Shown: piece by piece, positions 1 through 11,169 of the stretch | Position numbering within the stretch: position 1 is the first letter of the stretch | How the letters are laid out: each line of letters begins with the position of its first letter | The notes under the pieces: generated by a model | What the model was told of the DNA's origin: nothing | Seen by the model: only the letters and a program-made list of their open reading frames with translations | Database searches by the model: none | Position numbers and translations under genes: made by a program | Source of the DNA: Eledone cirrhosa | Taxonomy: Eukaryota | NCBI GenBank assembly: GCA_964016885.1 | Contig: OZ024743.1 | Coordinates: 378,262,001-378,326,000 of the forward strand | DNA: 64,000 nt | Direction of reading: 5' to 3'

Positions 1-3000
1 GTGAGGGTTAGTGTTGACATGGTGGGGTTGGGGTTGTGAGGGTTAGTGCTGACATGGTGGGGTTGGGGTTGTGAGGGTTAGTGTTGACATGGTGGGGTTG
101 TGGGGGTTACTGTTGACATGGTGGAGTTGTGGGGGTTAGTGTTGACATGGTGGGGTTGTGAGGGTTATTGTTGACATGGTGGGGTTGAGGGTTAGTGTTG
201 ACATGGTGGGGTTGTGGGGGTTAGTGTTGACATGGTGGGGTTGTGAGGGTTAGTGTTGACAAGGTGGGGTTGTGAGGGTTAGTGTTGATCTGGTGGGGTT
301 GTGGGGGTTAGTGTTGACCTGTTGGGGTTGTAGGGGTTAGTGTTGACCTGGTGGGGTTGAGGGGGTTAGTGTTGACATGGTGGGGTTGTGGGGGTTAGTG
401 TTGACATGGTGGGGTTGTGAGGGTTAGTGTTGACATGGTGGGGTTGTGATGGTTAGTGTTGACATGGTGGGGTTGTGAGGGTTAGTGTTGACATGGTGGG
501 GTTGTGGGGGTTAGTGTTGACATGGTGGGGTTGTGAGGGTTAGTGTTGACATGGTGGGGTTGTGGGGGTTAGTGTTGACATGGGGTTGTGAGGGTTAGTG
601 TTGATCTGGTGGGGTTGTGAGGGTTAGTGTTGACATGGTGGGGTTGTGAGGGTTAGTGTTGACATGGTGGGGTTGTGGGGGTTAGTGTTGACATGGTGGG
701 GTTGTGGGGGTTAGTGTTGACATGGTGGGGTTGTGAGGGTTAGTGTTGACATGGTGGGGTTGTGAGGGTTAGTGTTGATCTGGTGGGGGTGTGAGGGTTA
801 GTGTTGACATGGTGGGGTTGTGGGGGTTAGTGTTGACATGGTGGGGTTGTGAGGGTTAGTGTTGACATGGTGGGGTTGTGGGGGTTAGTGTTGACATGGT
901 GGGGTTGTGAGGGTTAGTGTTGACATGGTGGGGTTGTGAGGGTTAGTGTTGACATGGTGGGGTTGTGGGGGTTAGTGTTGACATGGTGGGGTTGTGAGGG
1001 TTAGTATTGACATGGTGGGGATGTGGGGGTTAGTGTTGACATGGTAGGGTTGTGGGGGTTAGTGTTGACATGGTGGGGTTGTGGGGGTTAGTGTTGACAT
1101 GGTGGGGTTGTGAGGGTTAGTGTTGACATGGTGGGGTTGTGAGGGTTAGTGTTGACATGGTGGGGTTGTGAGGGTTAGTGTTGACATGGTGGGGTTGTGG
1201 GGGGTTAGTGTTGACATGGTGGGGTTGTGGGGGTTAGTGTTGATCTGGTGGGGTTGTGAGGGTTAGTGTTGACATGGTGGGGTTGTGGGGTTAGTGTTGA
1301 CATGGTGGGGTTGTGGGGGTTAGTGTTGACATGGTGGGGTTGTGGGGGTTAGTGTTGACATGGTGGGGTTGTGAGGGTTAGTATTGACATGGTGGGGATG
1401 TGGGGGTTAGTGTTGACATGGTGGGGTTGTGAGGGTTAGTGTTGACATGGTGGGGTTGTGAGGGTTAGTGTTGACATGGTGGGGTTGTGGGGGTTAGTGT
1501 TGACATGGTGGGGTTGTGGGGGTTAGTGTTGACATGGTGGGGTTGTGGGGGTTAGTGTTGACATGGTGGGGTTGTGGGGGTTAGTATTGACATGGTGGGG
1601 ATGTGGGGGTTAGTGTTGACATGGTGGGGTTGTGGGGGTTAGTGTTGACATGGTGGGGTTGTGGGGGTTAGTGTTGACATGGTGGGGTTGTGAGGGTTAG
1701 TGTTGACATGGTGGGGTTGTGGGGGTTAGTGTTGACATGATGGGGTTGTGGGGGTTAGTGTTGACATGGTGGGGTTGTGGGGGTTAGTGTTGACATGGTG
1801 GGGTTGTGGGGATACTGTTGACTTGTTGGGTTGTGGGGGATAGAGTTGACCCGGTGGGGTTCTGGGGTCACTGTTGACTTGGGCGGGGGGATAGTGTTGA
1901 CCTGGTGGGGTTGTGGGGGTTAGTGTTGACATGGTGGGGTTGTGGGGGTTAGTGTTGACATGGTGGGGTTGTGAGGGTTAGTGTTGACATGGTGGGGTTG
2001 TGGGGGTTAGTGTTGACATGGTGGGGTTGTGAGGGTTAGTGTTGACATGGTGGGGTTGTGGGGGTTAGTGTTGACATGGTGGGGTTGTGGGGGTTAGTGT
2101 TGACATGGTGGGGTTGTGGGGGTTAGTGTTGACATGGTGTGGTTGGGGTTGTGAGGGTTAGTGTTGACATGGTGGGGTTGTGGGGGTTAGTGTTGACATG
2201 GTGGGGTTGTGGGGGTTAGTGTTGACATGGTGGGGTTGTGGGGGTTAGTGTTGACATGGTGTGGTTGGGGTTGTGGGTGTTAGTGTTGACATGGTGGGGG
2301 TTAGTGTTGACATGGTGTGGTTGGGGTTGTGAGGGTTAGTGTTGACATGGTGGGGTTGTGAGGGTTAGTGTTGACATGGTGGGGTTGGGGTTGTGAGGGT
2401 TAGTGCTGACATGGTGGGGTTGGGGTTGTGAGGGTTAGTGTTGACATGGTGGGGTTGTGGGGGTTAGTGTTGACATGGTGGGGTTGTGGGGCTTAGTGTT
2501 GATATGGTGGGGTTGTGAGGGTTAGTGTTGACATGGTGGAGTTGGGGTTGTGAGGGTTAGTGTTGACATTGTGGGGCTTAGTGTTGACTTGGTGGGGTTG
2601 TGGGGATTAGTGTTGACATGGTGGGGTTGTGGGGGTTAGTGTATCAGTGTCATCTATATATTGGGGTTGTGGGGGTTAGTATATCAGTGTCATCTATATA
2701 TCTGTGGGGCTTAGTGTTGACTTGGTGGGGTTGTGGGGGTTAGTGTTGACATGGTGGGGTTGTGGGGGTTAGTGTTGACATGGTGGGGTTGTGGGGGATA
2801 CTGTTGACTTGGTGGGTTGTGGGGGATAGAGTTGACCCGGTGGGGTTCTGGGGTCACTGTTGACTTGGGCGGGGGGGTAGTGTTGACCTGGTGGGGTTGT
2901 CGGGGTTAGTGTTGACATGGTGGGGTTGTGGGGGTTAGTGTTGACATGGTGGGGTTGTGAGGGTTAGTGTTGACATGGTGGGGTTGTGGGGGTTAGTGTT

Positions 3001-3905
3001 GACATGGTGGGGTTGTGAGGGTTAGTGTTGACATGGTGGGGTTGTGGGGGTTAGTGTTGACATGGTGGGGTTGTGGGGGTTAGTGTTGACATGGTGGGGT
3101 TGTGGGGGTTAGTGTTGACATGGTGTGGTTGGGATTGTGAGGGTTAGTGTTGACATGGTGGGGTTGTGGGGGTTAGTGTTGACATGGTGGGGTTGTGGGG
3201 GTTAGTGTTGACATGGTGTGGTTGGGGTTGTGGGGGTTAGTGTTGACATGGTGGGGTTGTGGGGGTTAGTGTTGACATGGTGTGGTTGGGGTTGTGAGGG
3301 TTAGTGTTGACATGGTGGGGTTGTGAGGGTTAGTGTTGACATGGTGGGGTTGGGGTTGTGAGGGTTAGTGCTGACATGGTGGGGTTGGGGTTGTGAGGGT
3401 TAGTGTTGACATGGTGGGGTTGTGGGGGTTAGTGTTGACATGGTGGGGTTGTGGGGCTTAGTGTTGATATGGTGGGGTTGTGAGGGTTAGTGTTGACATG
3501 GTGGGGTTGGGGTTGTGAGGGTTAGTGTTGACATTGTGGGGCTTAGTGTTGACTTGGTGGGGTTGTGGGGGTTAGTGTTGACATGGTGGGGTTGTGGGGG
3601 TTAGTGTATCAGTGTCATCTATATATTGGGGTTGTGGGGGTTAGTATATCAGTGTCATCTATATATCTGTGGGGCTTAGTGTTGACTTGGTGGGGTTGTG
3701 GGGGTTAGTGTTGACATGGTGGGGTTGTGGGGGTTAGTGTTGACATGGTGGGGTTGTGGGGCTTAGTGTTGACTTGGTGGGGTTGTGAGGGTTAGTGTTG
3801 ACATGGTGGGGTTGTGGGGGTTAGTGTTGACTTGGTGGGGTTGTGAGGGTTAGTGTTGACATGGTGGGGTTGTGGGGGTTAGTGTTGACTTGGTGAAGTT
3901 GTGGA
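1..3905. repeat. G-rich 29-bp minisatellite, unit GTG(A/G)GGGTTAGTGTTGACATGGTGGGGTT (some 35-bp variants with extra GGGGTT); runs off the window start
   Basis: Head-to-tail units read directly; a ~970-990 bp higher-order duplication is marked by variant blocks (gatactgttgactt at 1811 and 2797; atatcagtgtcatc at 2681 and 3646). Confidence 0.97.
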
Positions 3906-4252
3906 GGCTAAGCAATATCAGTGTCATCTATATATCTAAAACAGAGAATGTCTGTCTGTCCCCCTAAATCTTGAGAACCACCCAACCGATTTATTTCAAA
4001 CTTTACACATGTAACACGTATGGTCGTGTGAGTGTTTTGAGCAAAATATATTTTGAATTTTCAATGCCCTAGGGACCGCATTAGGCGCTGGTTAGTGACA
4101 TCTCTCTTTCTTAGTCTGTCTTTTTAGATAGATACATAGCTATAACGACGTGCCTTTATAATATCTGTCTGTATGACTTGGTGTCTGCATTACGACATTA
4201 TGAAAACATTGACTTCGCTATCTGTGTGTGGGTGTGTGTATATATATATATA

Positions 4253-6455
4253 TCATCATCATCGTTTAACGTCCATATTCCACGCTTGCATGGGTCTGGA
4301 CGGGAGTTTTCCCACTTGAGGCAAGAGTGGTTGTCTTACACGCATAGGACTGTCTGGCGGGTTTTCTACGGCTGGATGCCCTTCCTAACACCAACCACAA
4401 TTACAGTGTGGAACTGGGAGGTTTTTACCGTGTTACCTACACGGCCACATTACAGCGTGGACTGTGTGTTTTTTTGTCGTGACACCTACACGACCTCATT
4501 TGTTTCGGGCTGGATGTTGTGACACCAACATAACTTTACATTGAAAGGGGTGGTGTGGATCGGGTGTGGGTAGTAGGACGGGGGTGTATTTTGTTAGAGG
4601 TGCCTACTGACTATAGTAGGTTTCACTTTGTACTTAGGTAAGGCGGGTCTTCTCTATTACTGTGTAGCGCCAAAGCTCTCGGTCCAGTGACATTGTCTTG
4701 GAGAGGTGTAAGTGTGTGAGGTCGGAATTTATCAAGTCGTCCCAGGTTTTTCTGGGTCTGCCTACTCCGTGGCTACCGTCTATTTTTATTGCCCTGCACT
4801 TTTTTTATACAGCTGTCGTCTTTCATGCGCATCACGTGACCATACCAACGTAGTCTTCTCTCGAGTAAACAACATCTGATCTCTCTTATTTCTAATTTCT
4901 CCCTTAGTACGTTTATGCTTTGCCGTTCACGTATATTACTATTACACATCCAGCGGAGCATGCAAGCTTCATTTCTCTCCAGTCTGCGTATATCCTCTGC
5001 ACACAATGCCCAGGTCTCACTGCCATGTAACATTGCTGTTCGTATGCAGGCATCATACAGCCTGCCTTTCATTTTTAGAGAGAACCCTTCAGCGGCCAAT
5101 AGTGGTATAAGCTCTCTGAACTTTTTCCATCCCGTTCTGACTCTAGCTACTGTACTTTCAGAGCACCCTCCCCCACTGCTGATTTTATCACCCAGGTAAC
5201 GGAAGCTGTCCACTATTTCTATAGAACCATCTGTGCAATGGAATGAGTTAGTATTCTGTTGGCACTTGCTGCTACTTATTGCACCAGAGCACCGGCCACA
5301 TGTAAAATCTATATTCTTAGTTAGCTTACCTGTGATCCCACATCTTTTATGTACCCATACTTTGCATTTGGGACATAAAATAGAGTTTCTACCTACTCCT
5401 TTCCTACACACTGAGCATGGCCATTTCCCAGATGGGACCGGTGCCCTATTTTCCTTCCTACAAACTAGAACTTTAGTCTTAGACAAGTTAACTTTAAGGC
5501 CTTTTGATTCTAGGCCATGCTTCCATGTTTGGAATTTCTTCTCTAGTTCAACCATTGATTCAGCTATGAGCGTTAGATCATCTGCGTATAGGAGTTCCCA
5601 TGGGCAGCCGGTCTTGAACTCCTCTGTTATAGCCTGAAGGACAATAATAAATAGTAGGGGGCTAAGGACGGAGCCCTGATGAACACCAACTTTTACGCTA
5701 AACTCTTCACTATATTCGTTGTTAATTCTAACCTTGCTGACTGTTTCTTTATACATGGCTTGTATAGCTCTCACAAGCCATTCATCAACACCTAGTTTTC
5801 TAAGAGCCCACCAGATAATCGAGCGGGGTACTCTGTCAAAGGCTTTCTCCAAGTCAACAAAAGCTAAGTATAGGGGTTTACTTTTAACTAGGTACTTCTC
5901 CTGTAGTTGTCGTACAATGAAAAGAGTGTCTGTTGTACTTTTACCTGACACAAACCCGAACTGCATTTCGTCTAGATCAATTCGCTCTCTGATTAGTTGC
6001 GCTCTTACTTTTTCTGTGACCTTCATGACCTGGTCAATTAATTTAATGCCTCTATAGTTTCCCCTATCTAGGGCATCACCTTTACCCTTGTAGCAGTTAA
6101 TGATGATGCTGCTGCGCCAGTCCTTCGGAACGACCCCATACTGTATGACTTGGTTTACTATCCGGGTGACCATAGTGTGTCCCACCGTTCCAGATGCTTT
6201 CAGCATTTCGGCAACTATTTCCGAAGGCCCGGCCGCCTTGCCCGTCTTCATGTCTTTGATCGCCTTACTTATTATACTACCTTCAACTTGCACTGCTGGT
6301 CCCTCTATTGGGTCGATGTGGGGGAGACTGTCTTTCTCCCAATTATTCTCCTCATTTAGTAGCCTTTCATAGTGACACTTCCAAGCTACCTTCTTATCAG
6401 CGTCAGTGATGGCAAGTACACCATCATCATTTAGGACACACTTCTACCCGACAAT
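4253..6455 (-). mobile_element. RTE-clade non-LTR retrotransposon, 5'-truncated, relatively young
   Basis: ORF 4773..6293 has RT motifs (KAAGP, NYRGIKL, QFGF, FVDLEKAFD, GVHQGSVLSP, YADD, FRYLG) and the RTE C-terminal LHGSETW/RLRWYGHV; (GAT)n 3' tail reads atcatcatcatcg at ~4253 on +; both ends sit in (TA)n. Confidence 0.95.
4773..6293 (-). pseudogene. RTE reverse-transcriptase ORF fragment (RT + PHD-type finger); no endonuclease, frameshift near the 3' end
   Basis: 506-aa stop-free frame from the ORF track; homology continues upstream to ~6455 with a stop, and the C-terminus shifts frame at the T run near 4800. Confidence 0.9.
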
Positions 6456-6479
6456 ATATATATTGTTCTCATTGCTGAC

Positions 6480-6670
6480 GTATTATCTTCGCTATTTTCC
6501 ATTCATTGCCAGGGAACGTCTTCACAAACCAAAGTATCGTCTTCCTGTTTTCCTTCAGTTGTAACGTTTTTAAAATATTTTCTTCTGCGTTCACAGATTG
6601 ATTTTTTTAGTTTCAGAAGATCCCGTTAAGGGTGAAAGACAGGATTATTTGCTTATACTTTAATCTGTTA

Positions 6671-6676
<6 letters not shown>
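6480..6676. repeat. ~200-bp interspersed repeat abutting (TA)n; inverted copy at 9345-9545, end fragment at 44540-44570
   Basis: e.g. attcattgccagggaacgtcttca (6501) vs tgaagatgttccctggcaatgaa (9498); ctttaatctgttattttaata at 6658 and 44550. Confidence 0.75.
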
Positions 6677-6712
<36 letters not shown>

Positions 6713-6922
6713 TATATTCGTGTACAGATATTTTTGCACACACAAAAACAAAATATATACAAACGTATTTATTTCACGAAAGCATAAAATGTAGACACCA
6801 TCCCGAGGTTAAGGTATTCCGTACTTCTCTGTACTGTTTCAGAAAGGAGGGATAAATATGCAAATCTATGTTTAGAATCCCGAGCAACACCGGGCCATTC
6901 TGCTAGTTAATATTAAAGAAAG

Positions 6923-7178
6923 GGCAGTGGATTGGTAGAACCATGAGTGCATTGAATGAAATACAATGCAATATTTCCCCACAGGCCCTCCCCTCTACTT
7001 TCTGCCTAGGTCGACTTTACCTTTACTCCTTTCAACCCAAACTCTAATCCGAAACCTAACCCGTTACTCCTTTCAGGGTCGATGAAATAAAGTACCAGTC
7101 ATATACAAGGGTTGACATATTAAACTTTCCCCCCATCCCGACAAAGTTGTTGGCCTTGTGCCTAAATTAGAAATCATT
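6923..7178 (+). mobile_element. tRNA-derived SINE, family B
   Basis: Matches better-preserved copies at 62007 and 62936 (ggcagtggattgg... gtcgactttac... ggtcgatgaaataaagtaccagt... ggccttgtgcctaaattagaaa). Confidence 0.7.
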
Positions 7179-7452
7179 GTTGAAGAATTCAATACCAGGA
7201 GCCAGTGAATGTTTTTTTGGTGGTGGTCCAGATTGGAGAGGTTTTTTTTTTATATTTTGCATAAAACATGTTAAGGTGAAATAAAAATCAAACTATGCTA
7301 AGTAAATATTTTGTTTTTGTCTCATGCCTATTTTCAACATGACATTATTAGTCACTTTTGGTCCATTTATTCATGGTGTGAGAATATTTACTATTTAATA
7401 TCTCACATCTGGAGAGCCTTTCATTCATGACCAAATTAAGCGAGTATTAATA

Positions 7453-7925
7453 GGCAGTGATTTAACAAAAACATTAGAACAGAGATTCCTAAACTTTTTT
7501 GGGCCACTGCCTCCCTCATGGTCACAATATACCCTTAGCGTTCCCCCAACCCTATTTCCAGAGAGACCTGCCTACAAGCAAATTGTAAACAATATATAAT
7601 AAATAAAATCATTAATTTATATATAATAGATAATGTAATATATACTATGAATAAATAAATATTATATATTTTTTATTTTACTATATTTATATATGTATCG
7701 TTTGATATTTAATATACTATTATATTATCTCTACCACCCCCAGCCCCCTTGGACCTTCTCAACGCCCCCTGGAGAACTTCTGCATTAGATCAGCAAACAG
7801 AATGCTTTGCTAAATTCGTTTTGAATCATTGCTCGCTGAATTCAAATCTCACCCAAATTATCTTTACCTTTCTTTCTTTCGAGGCCAATAAAAATAATTG
7901 TCAGTCCAGTATTGAGGTCAATTCT
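7453..7925 (+). mobile_element. Diverged SINE family B copy split by a MITE
   Basis: Head ggcagtgattt...cattag continues after 7783 as aatgctttgc...ctgaattcaaatc...tttacctttc...aataaaaataa. Confidence 0.6.
7480..7782. mobile_element. hAT (Charlie-like) MITE
   Basis: Termini CAGAGATTCCTAAAC ... GGAGAACTTCTG form an imperfect TIR; 8-bp TSD CATTAGAA (7472-7479) / CATTAGAT (7783-7790); host SINE resumes after it. Confidence 0.7.
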
Positions 7926-8374
7926 TGCTCTATATCACTTTCTATCTTTGCCTGGAAGAAATCAGCCCTGTTCTCACATGTAGAGGGATGGGCTCCGCCA
8001 TATTTAAATTGCCCATGACACACCCGATGTATGTCACACCAGTGCCCCTATGACTTCCTCAGGCGTTATAGGTGGGTCCATACTTTTGTATTAATATAAA
8101 ACATTGATTTATTAGCCCACTGCAAAAAAACTGGATCTGGCCCTAATGCAGTAGTTTGATGAACCTGCTCTAAACTAACCTAAAATGTTAGAATCTTCCA
8201 CACAAACATTCTTTTGTTCACATTTATAGCCCTTAACCAAGGTACATAATCATTATTCTTTCTCTCTTACTCACTACGTCCCTTTATGCCTAGTAATATC
8301 TATACTTTGTCATTCATGCACACTAACATTAGTATCTAGTAAATTATGCTAACCTCATTTTTTTATAACATTCA

Positions 8375-8957
8375 TCTATATATAGAAAACTGTTGTTGTC
8401 TGTGTGTGTGTATGTCCCCTCATTTTTGCAAAGTCTATGCAAATCCACATTTCTACTCCGATTGACTTCAAACTTGCATTTATATATTCCTTGCGGTCTA
8501 AAGATAGAAACTGCAGCTTTTATTTTTCAATTTTCTGTTGTTAAAGGGGTGTTAGGCGCCGGTTATCTCTCTTATAATATCTGTCTGTATGTCTGGCTGT
8601 CTGCGTAACGACATTGTGAAGAACACGTCATTGCTGATGTATTATCTTTGCTACATTCACACACACACACACACACATATATATACATATATACTTATAT
8701 ATATATATATTTATACACACACATATATACACACACATATACTTATATATATATATATATATACACACACATATATACATATACACACACATATATATAC
8801 AAACACATATGCATATACAAACACATATACACATAAATATACACATAAAAATATATGTATATATATATATATACACACACATAAACATATATATTTATAT
8901 ATATATATATATATATACATACATACACACACACACATATATATATATCTGTGTATA

Positions 8958-9011
<54 letters not shown>

Positions 9012-9296
9012 GATATTGTAGGTTGCTTTAACCCGTCTTTTATTATTCAAAAAAACTTCTTGCCAATAAACATTAACCCTTTGTGCACCATTCATCTAAC
9101 TGTAAACCAACAAATACCAACTAAACGGAGCGTTGACAAGAACGATGGCGAATGAATCTTCGAGGTAAGCAGTTTCCTCCCAAGCTGTTAGTTCACGCGG
9201 GATTCTCTGCTACACCTTTTCGTAATAATACCGAACAACGTACTGCTGGTCACTCCTTCCTCCAACAGCCGTACAAAGCATCTCTCTCTCTGAAAG

Positions 9297-9347
<51 letters not shown>

Positions 9348-9905
9348 ATAAAACAGATTAAAGTTTAAGCAAAGAATCGCTGCTTTCAACATTAACGGGA
9401 CCTTCTGAAACTAAAAAATTTAATCTGTGAACACAGAAGTAAATATTTCGAGAAATGTTGCAACCGAAGGAAAACAGGAAGATGATATTTTGGTTCATGA
9501 AGATGTTCCCTGGCAATGAACGGAAAAAAAGCGAGGATAAGACATAGGTTACTTATGTACTCCAGATATTGATTATAAGGCCTCCCGGCAGATAACCCCC
9601 TTCAACCGCTTCCTTGGAGTCGACTGAAGAACTGCAGTGCAATGCAACAAAACACCATAACTTCTGGAGTTCGCAACCAATTTTCACAAAACTTGACACA
9701 TAGGCTACGTTTGTTCTACAGATGAATGTGAACTCTCAGAATTGGCACATATTGAGTAGGAGACCCTTGGGGGGCAGGAACCCCCTTTTGGAAAAAGCCG
9801 ATGATTTTGTAAAAATATAGTTTTGGAAGCAGCACTGAAGTATTGACATAAATGGTATACATTACTGCTATTTAATACCCGAGCAATGCCGGGTACCTCT
9901 GCTAG
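8375..9905 (+). mobile_element. Non-autonomous Helitron (copy 2) with internal (CA/TA)n tract
   Basis: 5' A|TCTATATATAGAAAAC at 8375; 3' hairpin TACCCG-AGCAATGC-CGGGTA (9876-9895) then CTAG|T (9902-9906); removing it restores the host RTE reading register exactly. Confidence 0.88.
8657..9012. repeat. Compound (CA)/(TA) microsatellite
   Basis: Direct reading; source of the spurious YIYI/HTHT ORFs. Confidence 0.95.
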
Positions 9906-11169
9906 TACCTTCACTATATTCAATGCCCATATCTCATTACCACACAACATTACACTTTCATATGCAGGCATTATATAATATACCTTTCCCATGGAAAGAA
10001 AATAACTTTGTTGTCAACAAAGGTAGTAGCTCTTTTTTCCACCCTGTTTTTACTCTGGCTATTATGCCCTTGGAGCACCCTCTCCACTGCTAATTTAGTC
10101 ACATTGATAACAGAAGCTATCAATTATTTCTTTGGATTAGAAAGAGCTTATTTCACTGGTGTTCTTACTACTAGTAACCCTTGTGCATCTGCCACACACA
10201 AAATCTTTTTTCTCTCTGAGCCTATACCTTTCTTGTGCACCCAAAATTTACACAGAATGTTCTGTAGGGACTTTCTAAGTATGCATTTTCTGTAAACTGA
10301 GCATAGCTGTTTCACTGAAAGTAGTATGATCCTGTCTTCTTTCCTATGGCCCAAGACCTTGGTCTTTGTTAAGTTTAGCCTAAAAACTTTCAATTCTAAG
10401 TTTTATTTCCACACATGTAACTCCTGTAAATCTTCTAGATTCAGCAGTAAGTACCCAGCCATCAACATATAGAAGCATCCAGAGACAGTTGTCTTAACTT
10501 CCTCTGTTATGGCCTGAACAACTATAATAAACAGGTGTGAGCTTAAGACAGAGCACTGATGAACACCCATCTGTATATTGAATTACTCACTAAACTCATT
10601 GTCAGCTGCTGTCAGCTTCTGTGTACAAAGCTTGCACTGCTTTCACAAGCTACTCATCTACCCCTAATTTTCTTAAGGTCCACCAGACAATAGAACATGG
10701 TACTCTGTCAAATGCCTTCTTCAGATCAAAGAAAGCTAGATAAAGTGACTTACACTTAGCTTAAAACTTCTTTTGTAGTTATCTTCCTCAGAAGAGGGCA
10801 TCTGTGATGCTTCTTCCTGTTACAGAACCAAACTGCATCTCATCTAATCTGATTTTTTCTAAAACATTTTCTTCTGCTTTCACAACTCAATCCATCAGTT
10901 TAAAGCCCCAGTACCTGCTCTTTTCTAAAGCATCACCATATTCCTTATAACAATTAATGATTATACTACTACACCAGTTATTGGTATGACCATATATTGC
11001 CTGGTTGATTATACGAGTAACTAACTCAAGCCCTTCTTCACTGGATGCTTTCAGCATCCCCGTGACTATCTCTGACAGTCCAGCAACTGTTCCTTTATTC
11101 ATATCCCTGATGGCTTCTTTGACCACTTTACTGTTACCTCCAATAAACTGTCCCTCTGTTGAGTCTACC

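Larger units (their letters stand above)
3927..6906 (+). mobile_element. Non-autonomous Helitron (copy 1) containing a nested RTE LINE
   Basis: 5' end A|TCTATATATCTAAAACAGAGAATGTCTGTCTGTC at 3927; 3' GC-rich hairpin CCCGAGCAACACCGGG (6879-6894) then CTAG|T (6903-6907); A|T target without TSD; 5' part (4081-4220) resembles 8551-8640 of Helitron copy 2. Confidence 0.8.

Noticed and set aside
1-3905. Telomeric repeat tract
   Set aside because: GGGTTAG appears once per 29-bp unit; there is no tandem (TTAGGG)n.
4915-6372. Plus-strand ORFs opposite the RTE RT (also 13443-14877 and 47855-48301)
   Set aside because: Antisense shadows of the RT frame with no recognisable motifs.
8589-9361. [12 protein letters not shown] ORFs (also 44095-45191, 47391-47516, 58406-58729)
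   Set aside because: Translations of dinucleotide microsatellites.
9620-9662. Hammerhead-like CTGAAGA...tgca/tgca motif
   Set aside because: GAAA is absent, stem II closing pairs mismatch and there is no stem I.
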